A stretch of 55,494 bases of DNA from a virus. A program made the translations under genes and the position numbers. This document shows positions 18,023 to 27,339 of the stretch, piece by piece. The number at the start of each line of letters is the position of its first letter. Position 1 is the stretch's first letter. The DNA lies in the IMG/VR virus record IMGVR_UViG_3300002042_000005, positions 1 through 55,494 of that record. One strand, given 5' to 3'. The notes under the pieces are model-generated. The model made no database searches. It had not been told where the DNA came from and worked only from the letters and a program-made list of their open reading frames with translations.

Positions 18023-18481
18023 TTACTCCGTCGTTCGTGGGTTGAAAATAATTGCGTACAGCAGATTCAAGGTGCTGGTTGCTGAGTTCTCGTCTGGTGG
18101 GTATTCAAAACCGGCAAACGATAAGCCAGAGACCAAACCTTGCAGCGTGTCGTTTGAAAGGGCGGGAGTTGCGTTGGTGATTTCCAACGCCTCTTCGATA
18201 ATGTCGCCTACTGCGTCCAGCTCATCGTCCGTCTGGATGCCTTTCTTGTTAATCCCGACTACCAAGCGCGCCTCTGTGATTGTGGCAATGCCCTGGCCTT
18301 CCTGGTCGCCGTTGGCCATATAGACTTCTATGTAGTACTTGTCGTTCCGGGCGTCCTTCGATCGTGTGGTGTAGACCTTCCAATCTGGCACCACATCAAG
18401 AATGATCTGCCCAATCGTGTCCCGAATCGCTTTGCGTTCACCGCGTGCCATATTTATTGATCCTGAATCTAAGGTCTGCAA
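18023..18481 (-). CDS. Tail terminator / completion protein (U position)
   Basis: 152-aa ORF. Assigned by synteny only. Confidence 0.5.
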   Translation of the reverse strand: MQTLDSGSINMARGERKAIRDTIGQIILDVVPDWKVYTTRSKDARNDKYYIEVYMANGDQEGQGIATITEARLVVGINKKGIQTDDELDAVGDIIEEALEITNATPALSNDTLQGLVSGLSFAGFEYPPDENSATSTLNLLYAIIFNPRTTE

Positions 18482-19028
18482 CCAACAATCTGGAAAACTC
18501 GTTTTTCATCACGCGTGGCGCCACCCGCGAGGCGACATCAACCGTTGCGTCATGAATATCGAATTCAATTTTTTCCAATGGCAGCCGGCCGCGCCCTTTC
18601 CGGCGAAAAACCTGCTTTTTACCCGTCGCGCGACTGTTCTTTACTTTGTTGTCGTTACCTCGAGCAATAAACGCGCTCTTAAAGGTGGGGTGACCGCGCA
18701 CTTTGACGCCAGATCGGTTGGTACCAAACCCAACGCGCAATCGCGCGCGAGCGGCCGGGGTGAATTGTGAAATGGCGCTCACAGGCCTAACGTAGTGCCG
18801 GACTGTCGCGGTTAACTTGCGAGCAGTGGCGCGTCTGGTGAAGGTCCGCTCTCGAATGGTTTTTTGCTTAAGCTTCAGCTGCTTTGCGACACCACGAACT
18901 ACGCGCGTGCGCGTTAAACGAGCAGCCTTCGTTAACGCCGACGCTTCCGCTCTGGGAACCTCAATACTGCGGATAGCCCGCAGTGTCCTGATATGGCGCT
19001 CAGCTTGTTGTTCTAAGCTGAGAGGCAT
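18438..19028 (-). CDS. Minor tail / tail completion protein (lambda Z-like)
   Basis: 196 aa and strongly basic. Size and position match lambda gpZ. Confidence 0.55.
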   Translation of the reverse strand: MPLSLEQQAERHIRTLRAIRSIEVPRAEASALTKAARLTRTRVVRGVAKQLKLKQKTIRERTFTRRATARKLTATVRHYVRPVSAISQFTPAARARLRVGFGTNRSGVKVRGHPTFKSAFIARGNDNKVKNSRATGKKQVFRRKGRGRLPLEKIEFDIHDATVDVASRVAPRVMKNEFSRLLVADLRFRINKYGTR

Positions 19029-19392
19029 CTGCCGGGGTTACCAGAACAGTGATTATCGTGCCATCGTCGACGAGCGATCGAAGCACCTCAAAGGAGCCAT
19101 GGGCTGAGTCTTCAATGACATCGCCTTGGAGGGCTTCTCCAATTTCTGATTTCATTAAGTCGTACACCAAATCGTGCGTAATCGAAAAACCCGATTCGGT
19201 TTCTAAATCTTCAACATCTTCCCGCCGTAACGCGGTGATGTTCAGGGAGCGTGTGTTATCGCGATGCGTGACCCGGACGTACTCGCCCGCGCGCCGTTTA
19301 TATCGTTTAGGGAACCGCTCCCGGCCCCCCAAACGAGACAAGACATGAGACGCGGCTTTTTCTGCCGCCGCGTCAAAGTCTTCCGCTCTCAC
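19000..19392 (-). CDS. Head-tail adaptor (FII position)
   Basis: 130-aa ORF with a GTG start, immediately downstream of the capsid gene. Confidence 0.5.
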   Translation of the reverse strand: MRAEDFDAAAEKAASHVLSRLGGRERFPKRYKRRAGEYVRVTHRDNTRSLNITALRREDVEDLETESGFSITHDLVYDLMKSEIGEALQGDVIEDSAHGSFEVLRSLVDDGTIITVLVTPADASQLRTTS

Positions 19393-19394
19393 GC

Positions 19395-20405
19395 TTACGC
19401 CAACTTGAACGTGCGCAGTGACTCAGGTCGCTGGCAGTAGTTGATGGCGTTGAACTGGCTTTCCATGTCCCAGCCTTTCTTGTTTTGCTTTTCAACAATC
19501 TGCGAGTAGCGGGGACGACCACGGGTGTTAACCGTCTCGTTGTAATCCGCTGGCGCGTAGATTGTTCGCCACAAACCAGGAACGCCGGTTTGGAACATCC
19601 GGGCTTCATCCGCTGCAATGAACGGCGTGCCGTCTTCCTTGTCCCCTTGATAGTTCTCGAAGGTGATGCCGGCAAAATCGAACTGCTCATACAGCGAATT
19701 GCCGCGCAATTGCGACGCTTCTGCTTGAGCAAGGTACGATTCACGCACTTCCTTGTTTTCAATCAGAGCGTCCCAGTAGTCGTCACCCGCAAGCACACGA
19801 CTCTTACCGTACACCGCACCGCCAACCGCTTTGCGCGAGGCGCGCCGCGTTTTGGTGAAGCTGGTACGCAGCTTGCCGTCTACCAAGGTGGTCATGTTCT
19901 GGTTCACAACGGCCGGTTTGTTTACTTCAAAGAAGTCAAACAAATCCAGACGAGTGTCCCCGGAAGCATCCAGGATAACGCCGGTCAATGCGCCGATGCG
20001 CTGGTATTCCAACGTAGGATCTAGTTTCCACTGGGCGTGTTGACGCTGACGCATCTCCACCAGCTCCATTGCGCGCATAAGCTGATTTTCACTGCCTAGC
20101 GCCCGCTCATTCTGCACTTCGTCCGCCATGATGGTGTCATCATGCTGATAGTGTGGAATGTTCAAGGGCTTGGCTCGCGCCAGGTCTTCTTCGGTGGTCT
20201 CACCGTTGCCGCCTCGAGGCGTCGGGTTCAACAGCTTCAGACTACCTTCAACCCACTCGACCTGTGCAACCGTGGTGATGATCCCGTCAACGGACCAATC
20301 AATGAGTTGCCCAGCGCGACCAGGAATGTGCGGTTGCCGCTCAAAGCTTTCAATGAGCGAAATCGTTGTGAACGGTTCGCCCGCAAAAATGTTAGGCATT
20401 GGCAT
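19395..20405 (-). CDS. Major capsid protein, lambda E family
   Basis: 336 aa (lambda E is 341 aa). The C-terminal ...PESLRTFKLA resembles lambda ...DEFVSVQLA. It is preceded by a D-like gene. Confidence 0.88.
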   Translation of the reverse strand: MPMPNIFAGEPFTTISLIESFERQPHIPGRAGQLIDWSVDGIITTVAQVEWVEGSLKLLNPTPRGGNGETTEEDLARAKPLNIPHYQHDDTIMADEVQNERALGSENQLMRAMELVEMRQRQHAQWKLDPTLEYQRIGALTGVILDASGDTRLDLFDFFEVNKPAVVNQNMTTLVDGKLRTSFTKTRRASRKAVGGAVYGKSRVLAGDDYWDALIENKEVRESYLAQAEASQLRGNSLYEQFDFAGITFENYQGDKEDGTPFIAADEARMFQTGVPGLWRTIYAPADYNETVNTRGRPRYSQIVEKQNKKGWDMESQFNAINYCQRPESLRTFKLA

Positions 20406-20440
20406 AACTTATTTCTCCTTTGTATTTGGTAACCGAACGC

Positions 20441-20809
20441 TTAGCGTTCGATCATGCCTAGTGCGGCCAGTTGTGCTTTCATCGCCGTGACCTGTGCAGG
20501 CGTGGCGGTGTCCGGATAAACCAGGTTCTTACCGAAGTAAGTCAGGTCGCGTGCACCGATCGCTACCGGCATGGTTTCACCCGCCACCGTTGACGCACCG
20601 ATACCCAGAAGGCCAGCAGCGTTTTCCGAGCCATCGGCGGCTGCCGGATCCCAAGCACCAAAGTTGCCGGTTGCCGTAACGATTCCGAGCACCTGGCCTG
20701 CTTTGCACGTCTGGCTTTCACCAAGCGTTACGTTTTCGATTGACCGGTTACCGTTGGCTGGACTCTGAAGCCAGTTCCAGCTGCGCGGTTCTTGAGCAAT
20801 TGAGCTCAT
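20441..20809 (-). CDS. Head decoration protein (lambda D-like)
   Basis: 122 aa. The GAWDPAAADGSENAAGLLG...YFGKNLVYPD pattern parallels lambda gpD VAWDGTTDGAAVGILA...FRYEDVLWPE. Confidence 0.75.
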   Translation of the reverse strand: MSSIAQEPRSWNWLQSPANGNRSIENVTLGESQTCKAGQVLGIVTATGNFGAWDPAAADGSENAAGLLGIGASTVAGETMPVAIGARDLTYFGKNLVYPDTATPAQVTAMKAQLAALGMIER

Positions 20810-20843
20810 AAGATTCTCCTACTTGATTGAATTACCCGCGCGC

Positions 20844-21251
20844 TTAAGCGTGGCCCGATGCTTTCCGCATCTCTTCGTGCACTTGGCTCAAAGGTTTGAG
20901 CTTCCGCGCTGTACCCTCCGGGCTAGGGGTTTCATCCCCGCCTTCTGGAGAAATTCCGTGATCGTAATCACCCATCAAGGAGGCAAGCGAACCCGCGCCC
21001 CCTGCAGTTTCTTCCGCCGCCGCCTCGAGCACTTTGGTTGCCGCTTCCGGGTCCAATTCGGTATCCATGGCAAGCGATTGCGCAAGATTCGGCCGTTTCT
21101 TCGCAGCGTCTAGCGATATGATCGCTTTGATGCGCGCGCGCTCATCACTCGCGCTGGCTATCGCTGGTGCTGGGTCTGAGGCTCCTTCGCCTTTCGGCTC
21201 TGGTGTGGTTGCTGCTGCAGCTGCGCCTTTCTTTTCCGCGTCCGCAAGCAT
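20844..21251 (-). CDS. Scaffolding protein (Nu3 position)
   Basis: 135 aa, Ala/Glu-rich, with an ERARIKAIISLDAAKKRPNLAQSLA motif typical of scaffold domains downstream of S49 head proteases. It overlaps the protease 3' end by 107 nt in another frame. Confidence 0.6.
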   Translation of the reverse strand: MLADAEKKGAAAAATTPEPKGEGASDPAPAIASASDERARIKAIISLDAAKKRPNLAQSLAMDTELDPEAATKVLEAAAEETAGGAGSLASLMGDYDHGISPEGGDETPSPEGTARKLKPLSQVHEEMRKASGHA

Positions 21252-22161
21252 CGAGTTCGGCCTTGGAGGCCGGTAGCCCTTCTGGAGTTGGCATAATTGC
21301 CTCCATTCTAGTGGTGGATGGAACTAAGGTTCCGGATCGAACGCCATCCTGCATTTCTGCAAGTAGGGCGTGTGGGTTTGCGATGCTGTCGGCAAGCCCA
21401 AGCTTTACCGCCTCTTCCGGAAGAAATAATCCGGCTTGAGTGTCGCGAATTTGGTCAGCAGTCATTGGGCGGCCGCGGGCCACCTTGTCAACAAAACCGC
21501 TGTAGAGCGCGTCGACTTCCGCTTGCAACGCGGCCTTGTCGTCGTCGCTGAGTTCTTGATAGGGAGAGCCAAGTACTTTGTCGTCGCCGGCGTAGATGTA
21601 AGTCACACCCACACCCATGGCTTCCATTCGTTTTGAATAATCGAAGTGCGTCATGACCACACCGATAGAACCGGCCATAGCGCTCTGCGTCATCACAATG
21701 TTGTCGGCGGAGCTTGCGAGCGCGTAAGCGGCTGACGCGGCGTAATCAGACACAACGGCTGTCACCGGCATGTCCAGGCCATAAATGTAGTCGGCGCAAT
21801 CAAAGCAACCGCTGACCAAACCGCCGGGACTGTGCACATTCAAAAGCAGTGCGTCTGCGTTCGGCTTTACGCGCGTCTCGATGACTTCGTGTAACTCATC
21901 GTAACCAACAGACCAATAGCTGAGTTTGAAACCCAGAGGGCCTGTGACCTCCAACACCGCAACGCCTTTGTCGATCGACACGCCCATACCTTTGTAGGTT
22001 TGCCACGGCGCGTCGAACGCTTCCGGCTGCGTGCCTGGATCCCTAAATGCCGGCAACCCAAAGCGCCCCATCAGCTGAGGTGAAAACATTGCCGGGCCAC
22101 CCGCTAAGGCGGCGTACATGCTCGCGACATCACCGCGCATTTTTTCTTTTTTCTCTGCCAT
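21145..22161 (-). CDS. Head maturation protease, S49 (SppA/ClpP-like) family, lambda C-like
   Basis: Motifs LLLNVHSPGGLVSG and SDYAASAAYALASSADNIVMTQSAMAGSIGV. The start is set at MAEKKEK (ATG 22161), 3 nt after the portal stop. The longer ORF to 22239 overlaps the portal gene. Confidence 0.85.
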   Translation of the reverse strand: MAEKKEKMRGDVASMYAALAGGPAMFSPQLMGRFGLPAFRDPGTQPEAFDAPWQTYKGMGVSIDKGVAVLEVTGPLGFKLSYWSVGYDELHEVIETRVKPNADALLLNVHSPGGLVSGCFDCADYIYGLDMPVTAVVSDYAASAAYALASSADNIVMTQSAMAGSIGVVMTHFDYSKRMEAMGVGVTYIYAGDDKVLGSPYQELSDDDKAALQAEVDALYSGFVDKVARGRPMTADQIRDTQAGLFLPEEAVKLGLADSIANPHALLAEMQDGVRSGTLVPSTTRMEAIMPTPEGLPASKAELDACGRGKERRSCSSNHTRAERRRSLRPSTSDSQRE

Positions 22162-22163
22162 CG

Positions 22164-23798
22164 TTAATCGTCCGCCAGTTCTACTTGTTGGGGCACTTCC
22201 GCCGCTTCCTTGGCAGCGCCTGGTACCAGATCTCGCCACTCCACACCGTCGCCGGCGGCAGCCGCTAGCTCCTGCGCGTATTTGATGGTGCTCAAACGCT
22301 GATCCATGTTGTCGCGCCAGTCTGTCCCTTCTTCGGCCGCTTCTTTCTCCAGGTTGGTCACACCCAACGCCAGGCGCCGCTCCATGGCGTTGACGCCCTT
22401 CACCGGATCAATATGGCCTCGAGCTGGGCCGCGGAACTCGCACTTTGTGTAAGCCGTTTTGGCTTCCCAAAAGCTTGGGGCCCCCGCCGGCGTCGGCACG
22501 GTGCCTTTGTCCATCGCTTCTTCTAACCACAGTGAATAGATCCACCGCGCGTAAGGCGTCAGCAAAATTTTGCGTCGGCCGGTGTACATCAAGAACGAAT
22601 CCAGTTGCGATGCCCGCATGCTGGAGTAATTGGTTTTGGTGAAGTCGCGCGAGTACTGCGAATAGCTCATGTTGAAGGCTGCCGCGAGCTCGCGGTCGTA
22701 CACTTCTTTGAAGTCGGCAAAGTTAGCCGATGGGTGCTCAGATGATTTTAGCTCCAGCTCTTCGCCCGGATACAAGTGCGTCACGTTGGCGCCGTTGTAT
22801 TTCATGTTCCCTCGTTCGTACCACTCCAGCACGCCACCCAGGTAATTGTTCACCGGATCATTTGCCGCGCGCTGTTCCGCGGTTGCATCCGGAGGCAGAC
22901 TGCCAAGCGCTTCACTGACGGCCTTCCAGTCGTAACTGGAATGAATAACTGCAGACAGCGCCGCGTTTAAGACAGAGGCCTGCAAGTGAGCGTCTGACAG
23001 CTTCTCAGTTGATTTGACGTTCTTGAGAATCGACACCATGCCGCCACGGCCGCGGGACGCTCCCACCTTGTCGGGCTCGAAGGTATGAAACACCAGGCGT
23101 CGACCCCAACGCGTGTACTTAGGCACTGAGCGCCACCGCTTTGATCCACCAAAGCGTAACGGGTCGCCGGCAAGGTTTGATGCAAACCAGTAACGCCGCG
23201 GCGCGCCTCGAGCATCTTTCTGCACACCCATGCGCAACCGTTCGTCATCGGTCCTGTCGTCGGGCGTGCTTAAGCGTGCGGGGTCCATGTTCTGGATGGC
23301 TGTTGCGTACTTACCGCCGCGATTCGGCAGCCAGTCCGCCAACGCCACAATCTCATAACTAACCAGGTTGCTCAGAAACGCCTGAGTAACCAGGCCTGGC
23401 AATTGGAAATGCATTGTGGTGTCTATGTGCGAATCAATGTCGTAGGCGTAGCACCCCCACTCGCTTTGAACTTCGCGCGCCCACTCCTGAGCTGCTTCCG
23501 ACGTGATGCCCAAAGCCTTGTGGTCTGGCTTTGCGGCCAACAAGAAGTCAGCGCCAATGATGTTGTCAGCCAGTAACTGCTTGACGCCTGTCAGGTGGCC
23601 ACTGTTTCGGAACGCATCTTCTGACCTGGCCTGCAGGATCTCCCGCTCTTCTTTCCAGGCGCCGTCCGCTGACATGAGGCTGGGCCACCAGCCAGACAAT
23701 TCCTTGCTGACTAGATCAGCACCGGCGTGCTGCGCGTACGAACTCGCCCGCGGTCGCATGGGGTTGCCATTGACATCCACTATTGCGCTCATAGCCAA
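22164..23798 (-). CDS. Portal protein, lambda B family
   Basis: 544 aa between the W-like gene and the protease. The N-terminal pattern ...SKELSGWWPSLMSADG...LQARSEDAFRNSGH...IIG is typical of lambda-family portals. Confidence 0.88.
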   Translation of the reverse strand: MAMSAIVDVNGNPMRPRASSYAQHAGADLVSKELSGWWPSLMSADGAWKEEREILQARSEDAFRNSGHLTGVKQLLADNIIGADFLLAAKPDHKALGITSEAAQEWAREVQSEWGCYAYDIDSHIDTTMHFQLPGLVTQAFLSNLVSYEIVALADWLPNRGGKYATAIQNMDPARLSTPDDRTDDERLRMGVQKDARGAPRRYWFASNLAGDPLRFGGSKRWRSVPKYTRWGRRLVFHTFEPDKVGASRGRGGMVSILKNVKSTEKLSDAHLQASVLNAALSAVIHSSYDWKAVSEALGSLPPDATAEQRAANDPVNNYLGGVLEWYERGNMKYNGANVTHLYPGEELELKSSEHPSANFADFKEVYDRELAAAFNMSYSQYSRDFTKTNYSSMRASQLDSFLMYTGRRKILLTPYARWIYSLWLEEAMDKGTVPTPAGAPSFWEAKTAYTKCEFRGPARGHIDPVKGVNAMERRLALGVTNLEKEAAEEGTDWRDNMDQRLSTIKYAQELAAAAGDGVEWRDLVPGAAKEAAEVPQQVELADD

Positions 23799-24013
23799 AA
23801 CCTAATCGGTGCGCGCCGGCGTTCAGTACTGCCCGCTTCTGCCGCAGCCTCTGCCGTCAGTTGCTGTATGTAGGCCTCAAGCTCTTCGCGATCCATCTGC
23901 TGGTACGTCGCGCCAAAATCAGTCTTGCGCACCGATGTCATGTTCTCGCCCGTAATGAGGGCGTGACGCGCGGCAATTGCCTCAGCCAACATTTCTGCTT
24001 TTGTTAACGCCAT
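23789..24013 (-). CDS. Head-tail joining protein (lambda W-like)
   Basis: 74 aa. The C-terminal RRRAPIRFWL parallels lambda gpW RRRGPAGFYV. Lies between TerL and the portal gene. Confidence 0.8.
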   Translation of the reverse strand: MALTKAEMLAEAIAARHALITGENMTSVRKTDFGATYQQMDREELEAYIQQLTAEAAAEAGSTERRRAPIRFWL

Positions 24014-24016
24014 GGG

Positions 24017-26107
24017 TTACCTGTTTAGTCGGCTGGCGATATCGCCAAGCCGTTTTGCTTTCACTTTCGGTTTTTTAGTGGCGGGGGAATCTGCCGACTC
24101 CGGCCGTGCCGCTGGTTCGCTTTTCTGTTGCGGCGTTGCGTCGCCTGTTCCTGTGCCTGGTCGATGGATTTTCTTGCGCTCCGGTTGATGACTCAGTGGT
24201 GCTGACAGATCGATACGAAAACGGGACTGCGCGATTTTCACGGCCGCTAAGGCACCCACCATGCAATCCAACGCCTCGACCTGCGGGTACGCCTGCTGAA
24301 AGGCTAAGATCTTCCGGCCTCTATGAATGACCGGCCGTTTCTCTTCACCCGTCAGCTGGTTGAAGTACTCCATATCAAACACGCCGTCGATCTCAGGGAA
24401 GTGAATCGATGCCGGCGTAGGATTTCCCTGCTTATCAAATAGCGGCAACATCAGCCGCTGATAGATGGCTTCCTTGGCAGTGTCCGTTCCGATCTGTGAC
24501 AGGAACACATGGTGCTCCTTATGCGGCTTGCGCGGCATGGTCACGATCGGCGCGCCGTAGGTTGAAAGCCCTTTAGTTGGAATCACAAACTTGACTCCAG
24601 CGCGCCGCGATAACCCGTACACCTGGTTGGCTTGATAACCAGAGTCAAAGCAGCACAGCAACGGCCGTAACTCCCGACCGTCCGCTAACTTAATGGGCTT
24701 ACGCAATTCCTCAATGATGGCGGTGTAGTGATCTGGATCCTGCGAATCGCCATGCAACACCAGGTGATACAGGGCAGCAGAAACTTCGTTAGGCCCATAG
24801 CCAACAAAGGTAAGCTCCGCGCGGTCTGGCTGAAGGTCAGCACCGACCGCAATCATGCGGATCCATTCCGGGCCCAGGATCCAAGGTTGCCTCGCCTTGT
24901 ACAACGGCTCCGCATCCACCTCTACTAGCGTGTCCTTGTAGAACTCGCCAAGCGTGGTGTTTATAAAACTCTGCAGTGACTCCGGATCTTTCTGCGCCTT
25001 GAACCACTCAGTGACCAGTTTCGACCAGGGCACCAACAGGTTGTACGCCGCCCACACCACAAACCCAACGTGCGACGGCCAGGGGATCTTCTCCCCGTCT
25101 TCGTTGGCTAGGTAGTACTGATCCTCGCCTTCAACAATGTACTCGCCGGTCTCCGCTTCCCAACGCCCGCGTGACTGGATTTCTTTGGCGTCCTTGAACT
25201 CCCAACGCGCACCGCACTCACCGTTACAACAAACGTAGTGCGCTGTATTTGCGTCCCTGTCTTCCCATTTGATGCCGTGAGCAACATCCTTGCCGCCCCA
25301 CTCATAGTGCTGCCGGACGCCACACGTTGGGCATGGCATCTTGAAGCGAAACACCAGGTCGGCTTCTTCTTCAGATTTTTGAATCTGACATACCCCGTCA
25401 CGCGTTGGTGATGAGCCCCGAATACTTTTCGAGTGCGGCGATTCAAACGTACGCTTGTCACCGAGAAACGTAGGCGAGCCTTCGTGACCAATGTTTAATT
25501 CAAACGCGGCCAGCTCGTCGTACGTCACTTCATCCATAGTGTCAGCGCGGTAGCTGTCCGGTGAGTGGCCGCCCCTGACATCCAATGAACATCCGATGAA
25601 AAACTTAGTCTCTAACGTGTTCTCTTTACTGTTGCGCCCGGAGCCTCGCAAGGCCTCCCTGAAACTTGGCGCGTCCCGCAGTAACGGGTCGATGGTTTTT
25701 TTCGTGTACTTCTTTGCCTGGCCATCAGTCGGGCAAAAGATCAAACAGTTACGCCGCTTGACTGTGAGCTTGTAGGCCGTATTCAAACTGTGCAATTTCG
25801 AATACCCAACCCGCGATGACTTGCGGACTGTCACTTTCTCGATGTCGTCGCAGCTCATCGCGTCGACAATGCCGGTTTGAAACGGCCAGGGTTTGAAGCC
25901 TCCCTCGATAGCCGAGCTTTCCGGCGACATGTAAAAGTTGTCGTTGTCCAAACCCCATTGCGATGCGCGCAAACCTTCGTGGGTGTGGAGCGGTCTAAGC
26001 CCTCGCTCGAGGTGGCGGTTAATCCGTTTTTGCAGCGACTCCGTTAGGCCCAAGTCGGACGCCGGCGATGGCGTTTCTTGCTGAGTAGATCTCGCTGTTG
26101 ATGGCAC
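24017..26107 (-). CDS. terL: Terminase large subunit, lambda gpA family
   Basis: 696 aa. The N-terminal QKRINRHLERGLRPL and ...PFQTGIVDAMSCDDIEKVTVRKSSRVGYSK parallel lambda A (VNRLRHFVRAGLRSL; PFQRAIMNAMGSDYIREVNVVKSARVGYSK). The start is uncertain: GTG at 26107 overlaps terS by 89 nt, and a TTG at 26053 is an alternative. Confidence 0.9.
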   Translation of the reverse strand: MPSTARSTQQETPSPASDLGLTESLQKRINRHLERGLRPLHTHEGLRASQWGLDNDNFYMSPESSAIEGGFKPWPFQTGIVDAMSCDDIEKVTVRKSSRVGYSKLHSLNTAYKLTVKRRNCLIFCPTDGQAKKYTKKTIDPLLRDAPSFREALRGSGRNSKENTLETKFFIGCSLDVRGGHSPDSYRADTMDEVTYDELAAFELNIGHEGSPTFLGDKRTFESPHSKSIRGSSPTRDGVCQIQKSEEEADLVFRFKMPCPTCGVRQHYEWGGKDVAHGIKWEDRDANTAHYVCCNGECGARWEFKDAKEIQSRGRWEAETGEYIVEGEDQYYLANEDGEKIPWPSHVGFVVWAAYNLLVPWSKLVTEWFKAQKDPESLQSFINTTLGEFYKDTLVEVDAEPLYKARQPWILGPEWIRMIAVGADLQPDRAELTFVGYGPNEVSAALYHLVLHGDSQDPDHYTAIIEELRKPIKLADGRELRPLLCCFDSGYQANQVYGLSRRAGVKFVIPTKGLSTYGAPIVTMPRKPHKEHHVFLSQIGTDTAKEAIYQRLMLPLFDKQGNPTPASIHFPEIDGVFDMEYFNQLTGEEKRPVIHRGRKILAFQQAYPQVEALDCMVGALAAVKIAQSRFRIDLSAPLSHQPERKKIHRPGTGTGDATPQQKSEPAARPESADSPATKKPKVKAKRLGDIASRLNR

Positions 26108-26603
26108 TCGCTGTCTCGGTGTCTAAGCCGAACTTCCGCTTAACCGCGGTGGAAAGTCCGTCCAGTGTCGATGCTGCCGCCGCCGCGACTTCTCCTAAAA
26201 TCGTTTCGAATAAATCAATGCGCAGGTACTGGCGCTGGCTGACCGCCATTTCAAATTCCATTTTGTCGGCCGCTGCCTTCTCGCGTCGGGCCCGTTGTGC
26301 GTTTAGATCTGCCGCCGGCGCTGCTCCGTCTGCCGCACCCCGCTGGTACTCCGACCAGGCCTGCAAGGTCTCAATCAATTTGTACTGCCCTCGCTTGTAG
26401 CGAGGAATCACGCCCTGGGAGGTCAGTTGCTGCAACCGCCGCGGATCCTTGAGGCCAACAAGACCCGCGATGGTTGCCGCGTCTACCGCTACATCCTCCA
26501 GATCCACCATGCGCAGTTGGCGAAGTACCGGTAAGTCCTTGTTTTTCTTAGCCCTTGGCGCCTTTTTTCGTACGGGCGCCTTTTTGGCCTTCGCTTTAGC
26601 CAC
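26019..26603 (-). CDS. terS: Terminase small subunit
   Basis: 194 aa with a GTG start. Lys-rich N-terminus, then an HTH-like IAGLVGLKDPRRLQQLTSQGVIP. Sits directly upstream of TerL and downstream of a repeat-rich non-coding region. Confidence 0.65.
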   Translation of the reverse strand: MAKAKAKKAPVRKKAPRAKKNKDLPVLRQLRMVDLEDVAVDAATIAGLVGLKDPRRLQQLTSQGVIPRYKRGQYKLIETLQAWSEYQRGAADGAAPAADLNAQRARREKAAADKMEFEMAVSQRQYLRIDLFETILGEVAAAAASTLDGLSTAVKRKFGLDTETASAINSEIYSARNAIAGVRLGPNGVAAKTD

Positions 26604-26707
26604 TGATGCGAAACCTAGTAGACAAAATCAAAACCGGCGAAATTTCGCGCGTCGCCAACCCGCAAGTGGCCCAGATTCGCGACACAGTACCTTTTTTGAT
26701 CAAGACT

Positions 26708-26759
26708 GGCGAATTTGACCATGAATGGCGAATTTGACCATGATCGGCGAATTTGACCA
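26708..26759. repeat. Three tandem copies of GGCGAATTTGACCA at 19-bp spacing (candidate terminase-binding / cosB-like sites)
   Basis: Exact 14-mers at 26708-26721, 26727-26740 and 26746-26759. A related 12-bp palindrome GCGAAATTTCGC lies at 26637-26648. All sit in the 189-bp gap upstream of terS. Confidence 0.6.
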
Positions 26760-26792
26760 AGTCTGGCTGAAATCGCCAACACGGGGCAAGAG

Positions 26793-27224
26793 TTAGTCAG
26801 ACTCACCACTCTCACTGTCATTGGTTGAATCTGTGGTGCCTGTGCTGTCTGTGCCGCTGTCAGTGCTGCCACTGTCTGCAGCTGGTGCGGCCGCCTGTGC
26901 TTCGTACTCTGCTAGGCGCCCCTGCGCTAGCTCTAGCTCTGCCTCATGCTCTGCCACGGCTGTGGTCAGCTCATCTATTTTCAACTGCTCTTGTGCTATG
27001 CGGAGCTCTAAGGCCTCGCGCTCGAGGTCACGCACCACCACGGCTACTTCGCCAACATGGCGCTCAATGCGGCCGTGCTCGCCAATGGCATCCGCCCAGC
27101 CCTCTGTCATGCTGTAGGCGACACAGCCCGCTATACCCTCGCCCTCTACAGAGACGGCTATCTCAGAGAATAGATGGGGGCTACCTTTTGCGCTTGCGCT
27201 TCTTGGTATTTCGTTGGTTTCCAT
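26793..27224 (-). CDS. Hypothetical coiled-coil protein with a Ser/Thr/Asp-rich tail
   Basis: 143-aa ORF. The centre is LEREALELRIAQEQLKIDELTTAVAEHEAELELAQ and the C-terminus is low complexity. Confidence 0.5.
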   Translation of the reverse strand: METNEIPRSASAKGSPHLFSEIAVSVEGEGIAGCVAYSMTEGWADAIGEHGRIERHVGEVAVVVRDLEREALELRIAQEQLKIDELTTAVAEHEAELELAQGRLAEYEAQAAAPAADSGSTDSGTDSTGTTDSTNDSESGESD

Positions 27225-27339
27225 ATCTGTGTCCAGTTAATTTAGTGAGCAGACCGAGGCTCACAACGCATGTGCATGCGAAGACAATCCCCAGCTGGTC
27301 TGCAAGAGAGGGGTTAATCAAACGTGGGTTGGGCTCTTG

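Noticed and set aside
21145-22239. Longer protease ORF beginning at 22239 (MARSGTRRCQGSGG...).
   Set aside because: The first 26 codons overlap the portal 3' end and look non-protein-like. The ATG at 22161 (MAEKKEK) lies 3 nt after the portal stop and is the more likely start.
26615-26872. 85-aa minus-strand ORF spanning the repeat-rich gap upstream of terS.
   Set aside because: It overlaps the end of the 143-aa gene and the three 14-mer repeats. The repeats explain the open frame better than coding does.
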